Virus record (IMG/VR): IMGVR_UViG_2894708747_000001
Direction: 5' to 3' (one strand)
From: a virus
Lineage: Duplodnaviria > Caudoviricetes
Length of the DNA stretch: 64,000 bases
Below, in pieces: positions 47,667 to 58,363 of this stretch; positions within the stretch are counted from its first letter, which is position 1, and every line of letters begins with the position of its first letter. The notes below the pieces were generated by a model, which was not told where the DNA came from, did not search any database, and saw only the letters and a list, made by a program, of their open reading frames with translations. A program made the position numbers and the translations under genes.

Positions 47667-50600
47667 GTGTCTAAAACCTTTGGTATCCTTACAGAAGGAC
47701 AAAAAGATGTAATGTTTGCCAATATGGGAGCGGCTTTAATTAATAATGATGCAATAAATAATCCTGGTAATCCTGTTGGCCCTAATTTTCCAAGGGCTAT
47801 AGGACGTTTGCCTGGGTATCAGAATCCCATTTTAGGTGATCCTGGGCGGGGGCGTATTGGACGTTGGCAGTTTGTTAAGTATGATTCTTTACAGAATGTT
47901 ATTGATCAGGTTATAGAGCATTATGTAGAAAATAAGGATTGGTATAGTAGGGTGCGGTGTCGTGAGGCATTGTGGAATATGTATCGTCGCTTAGAGTGGT
48001 GGGTGCGGCAACAGGTAGATCCAAGTAAAAATGATTATCAACGAGCTTTGCTTTATATAAAAGATTGTATAGCCAAGATCCTTGATCCTGGAGAAATGGA
48101 GTTAAAGGAAGTATTTGAGGAGTATTTTAATGATCAAAATAATATATCTTCTCAAGTAGTGACTTCTCCTGGGTGGGAGTGGGAAGATTTATGGACTACT
48201 TATAATGGGGGTTCTGGAGACGGTGTAATGATAGTTCGTAATAAAGAGGGGGCTTATACTTTAGATGTTACAGGTATTTCTCTCCCTCGTGGGGGAAAGG
48301 TATTATTTGAATATGGTGGTGCATTTAAGGGTAATGATAAGATAGAGTTAATTGTAAACGGTAAAAGTATGTGGACAGGCAACACTTCTACTCGTACAGC
48401 CAGGGGTATTGATGTGGAAGTAGAGCTTCCTCCTAATACCAGTGAGCTAAAGTGGGTTTATACTTGCGGTTTTTCTTTAGAGGAACATTTTGGCTGGGTA
48501 GATAGTATTAGGATATTTTCTAATGAGTACGCTTATGGGGCTGATTTTAGCACCGAATTAGATGCGGGGCTTACTTATAGTGACGGTTGGTATGATGATA
48601 AGGGCGCGGCCACGGTTACAGTGGCCCCCTCCACTACGGAAACTATTACTAAATCTTTTGCTTTTTTGAGTAAGGGTTATGTTATTTTCAGCTTCGCGGC
48701 TAGTTTAGGGGCGGGAGGGAGAATTTATCTAAAAATAGATGGCGATGAGGTTTGGTCTTATAGTCAAACAGGAGGTAGTGATTTAAGTTTTAGGGATGTG
48801 CGAATTAATGTAGCTCCAGGATTTCATGATTTTGAGTGGGGGGTAGTAGGGGGGTCAGTTCCGAGTACAGTCAGAATAAAAAATATTGAAATGGTGGAGT
48901 TAGTAAGTAATGAGGAAATAACAAAAATGACTCCTTACTGTCCTGCGCCTTATTTTCATTATTTTGATGCTGATTATTTTAATCATTTTGATGGAAGCAT
49001 TATTGAGCGGCCTACTTTTGATATGCGGACTTTACCGCTCTCAAATGATTTCCCTGCATTTTTTAGGTGGGTATCTTCTACAGAAGATCAAGAATGGGTA
49101 GTAGTTCATTCGGTAGGGGCTAATGAGCAAGCAGGTACAGAAAATATTTTAAAATTAGATTTAGGGATATTATCTTTTGGTAATTCTTCTAAGATCACTT
49201 TTAATTGGCGTTTTAAACAGAGGGGTTTTATTCGGTTTAAGTATTTAGCTAGTGTGGATAAAGGTAATGGTTTGGTTTTCTTTATTAATGGTGAACAAGT
49301 GGGGGGCGAGTGGAGCCAGAGTAACGATTGGCAAGAAGTTAGTTTTAATGTATATCCTGGACAAACTTATAAATTTGATTGGTTGGTACGCAAGCAGTCG
49401 GCTAAGGATTGGGGTTATAATGCTGTTTATATAAAGGATATTGAGTGTGTGGAGACTATTAGAACGGCAGATCCTCCTACTCCGCCAGATTTTGATACTT
49501 TAGGAACGAAGGCATTAGAGGATGGACGTTATGAGTGGGTGACTTACTCGAAACAATCGGTGGTAAGAAGTAGGATGGGGGGTGATCAGCCTCTTGAAGA
49601 AGCTAGGGTCAGAAAGCTAGTATTTAATTTAGATAATGAATGTGATGGGGAGATTTCTTATTCTTACAAGTTGGATACAGAAACACCTTTTCCTGAGCAT
49701 ACACAGGAAAACATCTTTTCAGATAACTTTCAGACACCGAATCAGCACGGAGAAAGTGTTCATGGTAGTTCAGTTGATGCTCAATATGATTCTAATTGGG
49801 TTTTAAATGGAGAGGAGTCGACTGCAACTGCGGATGGGGCAAAGATTGTTTATAAGATAAAGGTTGCTCCTGAAGCAACATTAGATTTACATGGTATATT
49901 TGAACTTGAACCACCAGATCGGGTTATTGATCATTATGAGGAACAGTTAGTTCCTGTCGCTTTTTCTGGTAGCAGTCGTTGGGTGGCAGACGGTAGCTGT
50001 TACACGATTAATAATATTACAGCAGGGATTTGGAGCATGTCTACTTCAGTTAATATGCCTAATGATGGCTATTTTGAATTTGATTTTAGTCACGATTTGC
50101 GGCCTACGGAAAAGTTTCGGGTGGTTGTAAATGGGATAGTTGTTTTGGATTCTAAGGGTTTAAGGGCAGGAGATCATATTCGTATTAACCTTAAAGCAGG
50201 TAATAATCAAATTGAATTTAAGATTATTGATTCTTATACAGAACAGCCACTCCATGAAGATTATAGCGTTACTTATAATTATGGTAATTATAGTAGTGGG
50301 GAACCTCAGCATTTTGTAACTCAGTTGGGAAATAAAGTGGAATTAACTCGTTATTGGGATGTGGGGGACGGAAGAGCTTATACAAATCGTGATGGAGATT
50401 ATATTATATATAATATTTCTCTTAATCCTGGTGCTAAATTCAGTTTGCATGAAAACGCTATTTTCCATACGGCTCCAGTGTATGAGGGGGAAGGTAGAGA
50501 AATCTTTAGAGAAGATTTTAATATTAGGGGAGGAGTACATTCTCCAGCTATAAGTTTTAGCGGTCATTGGGAATGGGTAGATTTATGGGCCGAAGAATTT

Positions 50601-52973
50601 TTAGGTGGGCCTGATCCTAATGTTGTGCATGATGGTGTATTTAGAGTACGAAATGCGGATGGTACAACTAATACAGTTTATTTGAGCATTAATTTGGCGG
50701 CACCTGGAAGTATATCGTTTGAGTATGGAGCAAATCTGGGTGATTATGAAACCTTTCAGCTTTGGGATGGAGATGTTTTAATTTGGAGCGGTGATTCTAC
50801 TTCGGATAGTCACGTCACTGTTCCATTAGGCCCTGGATACCATTCTTTACGGTGGGTATACCAAGATTTAGGAGGTACGACTTATACAAAACCTCCAACT
50901 GAAGAAAATCCAGGTTCTTCTAATTTACCTGCTAAAGAAGAATGGTGGTCGGCAGGAAATCAAGTTCATCCTATAAATTATAGCTATAAGTTTAAAGAAA
51001 TTTATACGCCAAGAAAAACTTATTTAAATTGGTGGGCTGGAGATGATTCACAGATATTTTATTGGAATGGTCAAGCAGTTTCACAGGGGACAGATATTGA
51101 TGGGGCGACTATAACGCGAGATATAACTACTCCTGAATATGCATCGGTTACGTTAACTGAGAGATTGAAAATTTATCCAGGGAGTAAATCTTACTATAAT
51201 GAAGCAAGGTGGGAAGATGTTCCTATTACTGGAAGAGGAAATATTCTTTTATTAGCTAATGAGGGAACAACTTCGACAGGATGTCGGCCTGCTTTTGCAT
51301 CTATCTCAATTATCGGTAAAACTGAAATTCGTTTCTCTTATAATACCTTCTTAACTTATTATGATGCGGGAGTAGGGAATTTTAATTCTCGTTATCATAG
51401 TGGGCCACGTGGAGCTTTTTGTTTTTATATTATACCTTTTGATGCTATTAAACCTATAGATTTGGATTGGTTTGATACTGATAAGTTTTATCAATATAGA
51501 CGATTTATTGTTTATGACAACAGAACAAATTACTCTTATCGTACCGCTTTAGAAGGAGATGGTATATATTATCTAGTATGGGTTGTAGTAGATTTGTGGG
51601 AAGATACCAATTATGTTTATGCTAATAACGCACTATGGTATTATGGAGCCCGAATATTATCACTACAAAAGAAGGTTAATGGTTATTATGTAGAGGGATA
51701 TGATGATACTTATGTAGAATTTAAAGTGGTAGATGTAGCTAAAAATGTAGTGTTAAGTCAGAAAAATTTTTCGTGGGCAGAAGGTTATATACCTGTTAGT
51801 TATACTATTGCTCCTGGTGTAGCTGTTAGAATTTATTATACTTTACGAAAAGGGAAAGGTACAGAAGGGGGTATTAATGGAACAGGTGGAGCTTTTACAT
51901 TATCGCAAGGAAGTTTTGCTGAGTATTGGGGTTCATATGGTCGAGATGTAAATGATAATTATTACAGTATTTCTCCTTACAATGAAATTCCTGATCCTCC
52001 ACCACCGATACAGGTGGGAATAAGTTCAGATGATTCATGGGTTTGGTTAGATGCTATTCGAGTGGTTGAATCTGATAGTAGTTATACCGATGCTCGTTTA
52101 GATGTTATAGTGAAAGATGATGATACAGGTGCCATAATAACGAATCATAGTTATGATGCTAATGATGCTTTAAAGCAGAGTATCGCAGAAGAAATAGTTA
52201 ATAATTCAAATAGCAAAAAGACTTATACATTAATAATGCGTTTTCGTGGCGATGGTGGAGTTTATTTAAATAAAGGTGGCTTTACTATTACTGAAACAAA
52301 ACCCGTGCCACCTAGTTATGCTAAATTTTGCAATGTAAAAGTGGTGCAAAGAGTTCCTATTTGGATGGGTGGCCCTGATGGAAGTAAGTTGCATGTAACT
52401 ATCTATGATGAAGCGACCAATGCTGTGGTAGATAGTTGGACAACTGATTATAATGGAATATCGGATTATCCTTCTAGGTATTCTAATTTTACTCTTTCGC
52501 CATACTCTAATTATAGAGTGGAAGTAGTAACTGAACAACATGGTACAGTTAGTTCAGTGACAGGAAAAAAGTATTTAACTACTTTCTATGTTCATGAATT
52601 TAAAGCAATAGAAAACTGGACTCATGTACCGAATACGTTTAGTTCAAAATTAGAATTTTATATTGATGGGATTTTGAAAGCAGTTCATGAACAATCAGGA
52701 GGTTACTATACGGTTTCTTTTCCTGTAACGAAAGGTAAGCATGAATTTAAATGGGTGTTTGTAGGGGGTAGTTCAGAAAGAAATTGGGATTATGCCCAAC
52801 TAGATTGGATAAGATTGACGAATTGGATATGTGATCGTGTTTATTTGGTGCCTTATTGTGAGCCTGGGGGTGGCGATAAGTGTATTGAAGCGTTAATAAG
52901 ATGTTTGCTTAGTGTAGTTCAAAACAGGCCCCAGGGTTGTGTAGTTGGAAAGCGAATATGGTTGTTCACATAG
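47667..52973 (+). CDS. large tail fibre/adhesin with repeated beta-sandwich modules
   Basis: 1768 aa; repeated GxxxFxY...GxHxxxW...WxDxI units. Confidence 0.7.
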   Translation: MSKTFGILTEGQKDVMFANMGAALINNDAINNPGNPVGPNFPRAIGRLPGYQNPILGDPGRGRIGRWQFVKYDSLQNVIDQVIEHYVENKDWYSRVRCREALWNMYRRLEWWVRQQVDPSKNDYQRALLYIKDCIAKILDPGEMELKEVFEEYFNDQNNISSQVVTSPGWEWEDLWTTYNGGSGDGVMIVRNKEGAYTLDVTGISLPRGGKVLFEYGGAFKGNDKIELIVNGKSMWTGNTSTRTARGIDVEVELPPNTSELKWVYTCGFSLEEHFGWVDSIRIFSNEYAYGADFSTELDAGLTYSDGWYDDKGAATVTVAPSTTETITKSFAFLSKGYVIFSFAASLGAGGRIYLKIDGDEVWSYSQTGGSDLSFRDVRINVAPGFHDFEWGVVGGSVPSTVRIKNIEMVELVSNEEITKMTPYCPAPYFHYFDADYFNHFDGSIIERPTFDMRTLPLSNDFPAFFRWVSSTEDQEWVVVHSVGANEQAGTENILKLDLGILSFGNSSKITFNWRFKQRGFIRFKYLASVDKGNGLVFFINGEQVGGEWSQSNDWQEVSFNVYPGQTYKFDWLVRKQSAKDWGYNAVYIKDIECVETIRTADPPTPPDFDTLGTKALEDGRYEWVTYSKQSVVRSRMGGDQPLEEARVRKLVFNLDNECDGEISYSYKLDTETPFPEHTQENIFSDNFQTPNQHGESVHGSSVDAQYDSNWVLNGEESTATADGAKIVYKIKVAPEATLDLHGIFELEPPDRVIDHYEEQLVPVAFSGSSRWVADGSCYTINNITAGIWSMSTSVNMPNDGYFEFDFSHDLRPTEKFRVVVNGIVVLDSKGLRAGDHIRINLKAGNNQIEFKIIDSYTEQPLHEDYSVTYNYGNYSSGEPQHFVTQLGNKVELTRYWDVGDGRAYTNRDGDYIIYNISLNPGAKFSLHENAIFHTAPVYEGEGREIFREDFNIRGGVHSPAISFSGHWEWVDLWAEEFLGGPDPNVVHDGVFRVRNADGTTNTVYLSINLAAPGSISFEYGANLGDYETFQLWDGDVLIWSGDSTSDSHVTVPLGPGYHSLRWVYQDLGGTTYTKPPTEENPGSSNLPAKEEWWSAGNQVHPINYSYKFKEIYTPRKTYLNWWAGDDSQIFYWNGQAVSQGTDIDGATITRDITTPEYASVTLTERLKIYPGSKSYYNEARWEDVPITGRGNILLLANEGTTSTGCRPAFASISIIGKTEIRFSYNTFLTYYDAGVGNFNSRYHSGPRGAFCFYIIPFDAIKPIDLDWFDTDKFYQYRRFIVYDNRTNYSYRTALEGDGIYYLVWVVVDLWEDTNYVYANNALWYYGARILSLQKKVNGYYVEGYDDTYVEFKVVDVAKNVVLSQKNFSWAEGYIPVSYTIAPGVAVRIYYTLRKGKGTEGGINGTGGAFTLSQGSFAEYWGSYGRDVNDNYYSISPYNEIPDPPPPIQVGISSDDSWVWLDAIRVVESDSSYTDARLDVIVKDDDTGAIITNHSYDANDALKQSIAEEIVNNSNSKKTYTLIMRFRGDGGVYLNKGGFTITETKPVPPSYAKFCNVKVVQRVPIWMGGPDGSKLHVTIYDEATNAVVDSWTTDYNGISDYPSRYSNFTLSPYSNYRVEVVTEQHGTVSSVTGKKYLTTFYVHEFKAIENWTHVPNTFSSKLEFYIDGILKAVHEQSGGYYTVSFPVTKGKHEFKWVFVGGSSERNWDYAQLDWIRLTNWICDRVYLVPYCEPGGGDKCIEALIRCLLSVVQNRPQGCVVGKRIWLFT

Positions 52974-52986
52974 GGTGGTGAGCTAA

Positions 52987-54123
52987 GTGGCATTGATGGT
53001 TTTAAAGCAAAAAGGATTAATTTATGAGGATGATTTTACTAATACATCTTTAGATGCTAGTTGGGAGGTAAATCCTAATGATTTAAGTCGTTATTCTTTA
53101 ACAGAGGTTGGGGGGTCGCTCCGATTAAAGCATGGGGTTGACCCCGTATATTTATTTTTTACTCCTTTAACTAACATACCTCAATTTGTTTTTGATATGA
53201 AGAATATTTATAACCCTACTATTGACGGTGATGTGGGTGGATTAGTGGTGTATGCCGATACTATGGATTATATTTCTTTAGAAGAATATTATGATGCTGT
53301 TTTAGGGGTAACTAAAACTTATCCTTGGTTACGTTTGGTAAGAGAATATAATATTTATCAGGCTTATTGGTCTGAAGATGGGTATATCTGGAATTTTATT
53401 GGTACCCAGCAAATTGATAGAGAAGCACCTAAAATTGGTTGTTTTTTAAGGGGGACTGAGGGTGAACCTTTAGATATTGATTATATCCGTATATGTTCTA
53501 GTATTTATTTTACGGTTTCTGATCTTGTGGAGGGAACGCGGGTAGATTTATTAGATACGAACAATAATATTCTCGAAACTAGAGTTTGTCCAAAAGGTAG
53601 TACCAGAGTAGTTTTTAATTTAGTTAAATACGGAATCCCTTTTCCTTGTAAGTTTCAAATTACTACTGCTAATGGGGATATTTTTATTGATGATACGGTT
53701 TATACAGTGTGGGGTGGGGATGAGTATGCGTTTAAGCCATCTCCTTTAGATCTCTATTATATAAATGCTCAAGGTATGGAGGTTAAGATAGATCCTGGTT
53801 TAGAAGAGTTTTTAGGGTATCTTAATTCAGGTGGTTATCTTTACAAAGATATAAAAATGTTGGCAAAAAATAGTATGATGCACGGTGAAGTAAGTAATAT
53901 TACTGTAAAAGTTATTAGTTATAAAGATCCTGATGATTATCTTTTAGTCCAAGTAGCAAATGATGTAAATGGGATTCCTGATCAGTTTGGGGAACAAATA
54001 AATCTTCCTAATATAGGGGCAGGGGGAACGGCTATTTTTTGGTTACGTGTTAATAGACCGTCTGATGAGACAGGCTCAGAGATTTATTTTGGTTTGGATG
54101 TAGGTTCTGCTTATAGTTATTAG
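52987..54123 (+). CDS. tail protein with ConA-like (beta-xylosidase C-terminal-like) domain
   Basis: DDFxxxxLxxxW; WLRLVR...AYWSEDGxxW. Confidence 0.65.
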   Translation: MALMVLKQKGLIYEDDFTNTSLDASWEVNPNDLSRYSLTEVGGSLRLKHGVDPVYLFFTPLTNIPQFVFDMKNIYNPTIDGDVGGLVVYADTMDYISLEEYYDAVLGVTKTYPWLRLVREYNIYQAYWSEDGYIWNFIGTQQIDREAPKIGCFLRGTEGEPLDIDYIRICSSIYFTVSDLVEGTRVDLLDTNNNILETRVCPKGSTRVVFNLVKYGIPFPCKFQITTANGDIFIDDTVYTVWGGDEYAFKPSPLDLYYINAQGMEVKIDPGLEEFLGYLNSGGYLYKDIKMLAKNSMMHGEVSNITVKVISYKDPDDYLLVQVANDVNGIPDQFGEQINLPNIGAGGTAIFWLRVNRPSDETGSEIYFGLDVGSAYSY

Positions 54124-54137
54124 AGAGGTGTTGTAAC

Positions 54138-55010
54138 ATGAGTTGGGCAACTTATGAGGTATCAGAGAAAGAATTTAAAGATTTAGTAGAATACGGGATA
54201 CCCATTAAAGTACCAGTGGATGTTTTAGAGGCTAATTGTGGTGTAGAGGTACGAACTATTAGGGGAGGTTTTATAAACGCGATTTATGATGCGAATTTAG
54301 GAGCTATAAGAAAATTAAATAGTTATAACCCCATTTATAAGGAAATACCTAACAGGGAATTAATGTTATATAATGATTATCTTCAAAATGAGAAGATAAC
54401 AACGATTGTAGTAGACGGCTTTTTTGGAACAGGGAAAACGGCTACAGTATGTTCACATCTTGTTCCTGGTCTATTGGCTGAGTTGGAGGGTGGTAAAGGT
54501 ATTCCTGTTGCTTATCTAACAAAACCTCACGAAAGCCTGGGCCGCACTTATGGACACTTACCTGGAAATTTAGCAGAAAAGTCTAAAGAAGAGTTTACGT
54601 CTTTTTTTCAGTATTTTGAGCGGTTTGGGCACCCCTTTTTAGTAGAAAGACTAACAGGAGAAGATGGTTCTGGTTGTAGATTACTGAATATTATGGTATT
54701 TGAATATTTGCGGGGGCGGGATATAGATAGAGGTTGGATTATTCTTGATGAGGCACAAAATACAGATCGTAAAGAAATGGTTTCTTTTATTAGTCGGGTG
54801 GGAGATGGCGCAAAGTTGATAATTCTTGGAGATTCTACCGCTACGCAAATTGATAAACGAAATAATGACAGTGAAAATAATGGATTAAGTTTTGCTAAAG
54901 AGATTTTTAGAGGTAAAAAATATGCAGGAATAGTGACTTTACAAAGTACGAAACATATTTTACGGGGTCAGCGAGTAAGAGATGTTTATTTAGCTCTTCG
55001 CAATAGTTAG
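54138..55010 (+). CDS. phoH: PhoH-family ATPase
   Basis: GFFGTGKT, GHLPG, YLRGR, ILDEAQN, SRVG, GDxxxxQID. Confidence 0.9.
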   Translation: MSWATYEVSEKEFKDLVEYGIPIKVPVDVLEANCGVEVRTIRGGFINAIYDANLGAIRKLNSYNPIYKEIPNRELMLYNDYLQNEKITTIVVDGFFGTGKTATVCSHLVPGLLAELEGGKGIPVAYLTKPHESLGRTYGHLPGNLAEKSKEEFTSFFQYFERFGHPFLVERLTGEDGSGCRLLNIMVFEYLRGRDIDRGWIILDEAQNTDRKEMVSFISRVGDGAKLIILGDSTATQIDKRNNDSENNGLSFAKEIFRGKKYAGIVTLQSTKHILRGQRVRDVYLALRNS

Positions 55011-55018
55011 GGGGATGA

Positions 55019-55978
55019 GTGATGGCAGTTAGATTTAGTCGTCAGGGGACTAATACAAATATACAAGATCATAATGAGTTACTAAATCGAGGGATTAGAA
55101 CTCATGAGGAAATAGACCAGTATCTAGCGGAAATAGATGCGGCTAGGGGAAGTTATGCTTCTTTAAAAGAAAGGCTGGATTTTATTGAAGGTGCTGTATA
55201 CCCTGTAATACAACATATCATCGTTGATGAAACTTATTTGTCTCAAAACGATGGGTTAACTATAACGATTAACCCTCCATATATTGTGGGTAAAAATTAT
55301 TTAGATGTCTTTTATAATGGTCAGTTTTTACGAGCTGGCGGCGGGTATGAGGAAGTCGATAACTTTACTATTAAATTAAATTTAGGTGTAGGAGATGCTG
55401 GCCAGCCGATAACCTTGGCCGTGGGGGATGAAATAGTTATTAGGAATTGGGCCAGTAGTTATCCTGCGACAGGGGGTATGGGGGTTTATGAAAACCTTAA
55501 ATTATTAAGTTTGGAAGATGAAATTGAAAAGGCCCGCCAATATCAATCTGCTGATATTAGTTACACATCATTAGATGAACGGTTGGATTACTTGCAAGCT
55601 AAAGCAGAAGCTAGTAATGAAAGGGTTATTGTTTTTGTTATTCCTGGTAGGATTTCAGCAGGGGAGCAAAAGGTGGAAATAAGATTTCCTTTTAATGGGG
55701 TAATAACAGGAGTGACTGCTTCTTGTCGGGTGCCAGGGAGCACTCCTTCAACTATTCAGGTAGAGAAAATATCAGAAGCAGATTATGATAATAATCTCAA
55801 TAGTTGGGTAAATATATTGTCGCAGGCTTTAACTTTACCTTCTGGTAAGAAGATTAGTAGTTATGATTATGTAATAGGAATAAACCAAGTGACGCAGGGT
55901 GATTATTTTCGTTTGAATATAATAGAGGTAGGAAACGGTATTGAAGATTTGACTGTAGAAATAATTATTAACTGTTAA
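55019..55978 (+). CDS. tail fibre/baseplate-associated protein
   Basis: Repeated EIxxAR..YxSLxERLD motifs. Confidence 0.6.
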   Translation: MMAVRFSRQGTNTNIQDHNELLNRGIRTHEEIDQYLAEIDAARGSYASLKERLDFIEGAVYPVIQHIIVDETYLSQNDGLTITINPPYIVGKNYLDVFYNGQFLRAGGGYEEVDNFTIKLNLGVGDAGQPITLAVGDEIVIRNWASSYPATGGMGVYENLKLLSLEDEIEKARQYQSADISYTSLDERLDYLQAKAEASNERVIVFVIPGRISAGEQKVEIRFPFNGVITGVTASCRVPGSTPSTIQVEKISEADYDNNLNSWVNILSQALTLPSGKKISSYDYVIGINQVTQGDYFRLNIIEVGNGIEDLTVEIIINC

Positions 55979-56018
55979 TAAGTGTCTATACTAGTGTTGT
56001 ATAAATTAGGAAGGGAAG

Positions 56019-57254
56019 GTGAAAATAATGGCTGGTACTCAAGGTATTGCAACTATTCGCGGCGAGCAAATTCGGGCTAAAACTTTACGAGATAGCCATT
56101 TTGATGAGAACTTTAAGATCAATGAGAACAAGATAGATATTCAGTGGTTAAATCATAAAGAAATCCTAGAAGCCACAAAGGTTGATGTATTTGTTCAGAT
56201 TAATAATAAGGATGTTTCTAATTTAAGTGAGATTGATCTTACGCTTGATATTGGTTCGCGCCCCATAGCTACCGATCTTCAGACAGAGGGTGTTGTATTA
56301 GATCAGAAAGTTGTAATTAGGAAAGCAGGGACGGAAGATACAGCTATTCTTGATGCTGATGGTGATCGTGTCTACGGTCGTTTGGAGTATGATGCGGTTA
56401 ATAATAAATTTATTTTGAAATTCTATAGTATGGTTGGAGGTACGGAAACGGCCTTCACCATGCCCGCTAATACTAGCATTGACTTGAAGTATGTTTTACG
56501 GACTAACCTTTCCATAATTCCCGTCGATGCTATCTTGAACGGTGGGTCAGGGTTTATAGAAGGTGCTACCGATGCTAAGGCTTATATGAATCTTCAACAG
56601 TTAATGAAGGATCTTTATGGGCCTAGCGGGACTTTAGATAATGACGGTAATGCGAACTTGGTAAAGTCGGTAGTACAGCAGATTGCTGATGAAGTTACCG
56701 CCCGCCAGGAAGCTGATCAGGCTATTAGGGATGATCTTGCGGCTACAACGGGGGCAGGTATGGTTGGGGTTATTACTGATCCCAATTATACTGGATTGAA
56801 TGTTCAGCAAGTATTGTCTGATTTAGCTTCTCGGATTAAGGGTATAGAGACAGGTAGTAGTACAGAAGTAATAGATACCCATACTAGGGATGCTAATTCG
56901 GCTAATGGTTATTTTGTTGCAAAAACTGTGTCCTCTTTAGAGGAGCGGTTGGTAGATATTGAAACTGTAGCCGATGCCCAATTTAAAGATAATGCTACAC
57001 GGTTGATGAAACTGGAAACTGAAGATGATCGTTATGCTTATGAGGCTACGGGTGGGGAAATGAGTGTAAACTTACCTAGCGGTAAAAAAGCTAAACCCAA
57101 TACTTTGTTTATGTCTTTAAATGGTGCTTTGCAGGCTCCTGGTATTAACTATGAAGAAATTAAAGATGTTGATCAAAATATTATAGGAGTGAATTTTGCG
57201 CCTCAGACATTAAATGCTGGCGATGTAGTAATGATGTGGTGGAAAAACGTTTAA
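56019..57254 (+). CDS. virion structural/fibre protein
   Basis: NGALQAPGINYEE module, SLEERL motif. Confidence 0.6.
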   Translation: MKIMAGTQGIATIRGEQIRAKTLRDSHFDENFKINENKIDIQWLNHKEILEATKVDVFVQINNKDVSNLSEIDLTLDIGSRPIATDLQTEGVVLDQKVVIRKAGTEDTAILDADGDRVYGRLEYDAVNNKFILKFYSMVGGTETAFTMPANTSIDLKYVLRTNLSIIPVDAILNGGSGFIEGATDAKAYMNLQQLMKDLYGPSGTLDNDGNANLVKSVVQQIADEVTARQEADQAIRDDLAATTGAGMVGVITDPNYTGLNVQQVLSDLASRIKGIETGSSTEVIDTHTRDANSANGYFVAKTVSSLEERLVDIETVADAQFKDNATRLMKLETEDDRYAYEATGGEMSVNLPSGKKAKPNTLFMSLNGALQAPGINYEEIKDVDQNIIGVNFAPQTLNAGDVVMMWWKNV

Positions 57255-57267
57255 AATTGTTTTTGAT

Positions 57268-57297
57268 GGCCCCCTAAAGAGGGGGCTTATTTTCTTT
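57268..57297 (+). terminator. intrinsic terminator
   Basis: GCCCCCT/AGGGGGC followed by T-rich tail. Confidence 0.65.
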
Positions 57298-57343
57298 AGT
57301 CTATACTAATCCTAGATCTTAATCCTAGGAAGGAGTGTTATTA

Positions 57344-57862
57344 ATGCCATCACCGATTGTTTCTTGGTATAGCCGTGATAATACTACGCAAATTACCAAG
57401 TGGGATATAGGGACTGTGGATGCAGGCTCTATTTCTGCTGATTTTGGAGTTTTAATCTGGAATAATCGCGGAGGTACTACAGATGTTTCAGATATGCAGG
57501 ATTGTACTATTACTACTAAAGATAGTCTGGGCGGAAATTCGGGTGAGTTAGTTGTTAATAAGTGGATAGAGGTAAAAGTAGACACCTTAAACGAAACTAC
57601 ATTTACTCCTATAGGAGGAAATACGACTCATCCTATTAGAACTACAGGCAGTACCACTAATGCTGATGGTACTTTTACGCCTGGGGTAGCCCCCCATATT
57701 AGTGATACTGGTAGTGTAGATATTTTAGGGGTTAAAAATGATGGTACAAAAACTAATGCGGCTGGCAATTTTGTAGAGGTTACACTTCATGCTAATGTAC
57801 CTTCGACCGCTAGTGCAGGGGTAGTTAATTTCTTAACTCGTGTAGCGTATAAGTATGTGTAA
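57344..57862 (+). CDS. virion structural protein
   Basis: WDIGTVDAG, IWNNRGG; AAGGAG RBS. Confidence 0.65.
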   Translation: MPSPIVSWYSRDNTTQITKWDIGTVDAGSISADFGVLIWNNRGGTTDVSDMQDCTITTKDSLGGNSGELVVNKWIEVKVDTLNETTFTPIGGNTTHPIRTTGSTTNADGTFTPGVAPHISDTGSVDILGVKNDGTKTNAAGNFVEVTLHANVPSTASAGVVNFLTRVAYKYV

Positions 57863-57895
57863 TATAAATACTCCAATACAATGGGGGTAATATAA

Positions 57896-58324
57896 ATGGG
57901 AATAAATAAAGGACTTTTTTCTTCGGCTTCAGATGAATGGGAAACTCCTCAAGAACTTTTTGATCAGCTTAATGAGGAGTTTCATTTTGATCTTGATCCC
58001 TGTGCCACCCCCCAAAATGCTAAATGTGCCCAATTTTTTACTAAGAAGGAAAATGGATTAAAGCAGGATTGGTTTGGAACTGTTTTTATGAATCCCCCTT
58101 ATGGGCGTGAAATTAAGCAATGGGTACAGAAGGCGTATGAAGAAGCGGAGAAGGGGTGTACTGTGGTGTGTCTATTACCAGCCAGGACGGATACATCTTG
58201 GTTTCACGATTATTGTTTAAAAGGAGAGATCCGCTTTCTTCGGGGACGGTTGAAGTTTGGTAGTGCAAAAAATAGCGCACCTTTTCCTAGTATGATTGTA
58301 ATTTTTAGGAAGAAAGCGGCTTAG
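57896..58324 (+). CDS. phage N6-adenine DNA methyltransferase (Dam-like)
   Basis: DEWETPQ, FDLDPCA, FMNPPY, LLPARTDT. Confidence 0.9.
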   Translation: MGINKGLFSSASDEWETPQELFDQLNEEFHFDLDPCATPQNAKCAQFFTKKENGLKQDWFGTVFMNPPYGREIKQWVQKAYEEAEKGCTVVCLLPARTDTSWFHDYCLKGEIRFLRGRLKFGSAKNSAPFPSMIVIFRKKAA

Positions 58325-58363
58325 GAATGTCGCTTTCTTTTCATTCTCTGAGGGGGTTTTAGG

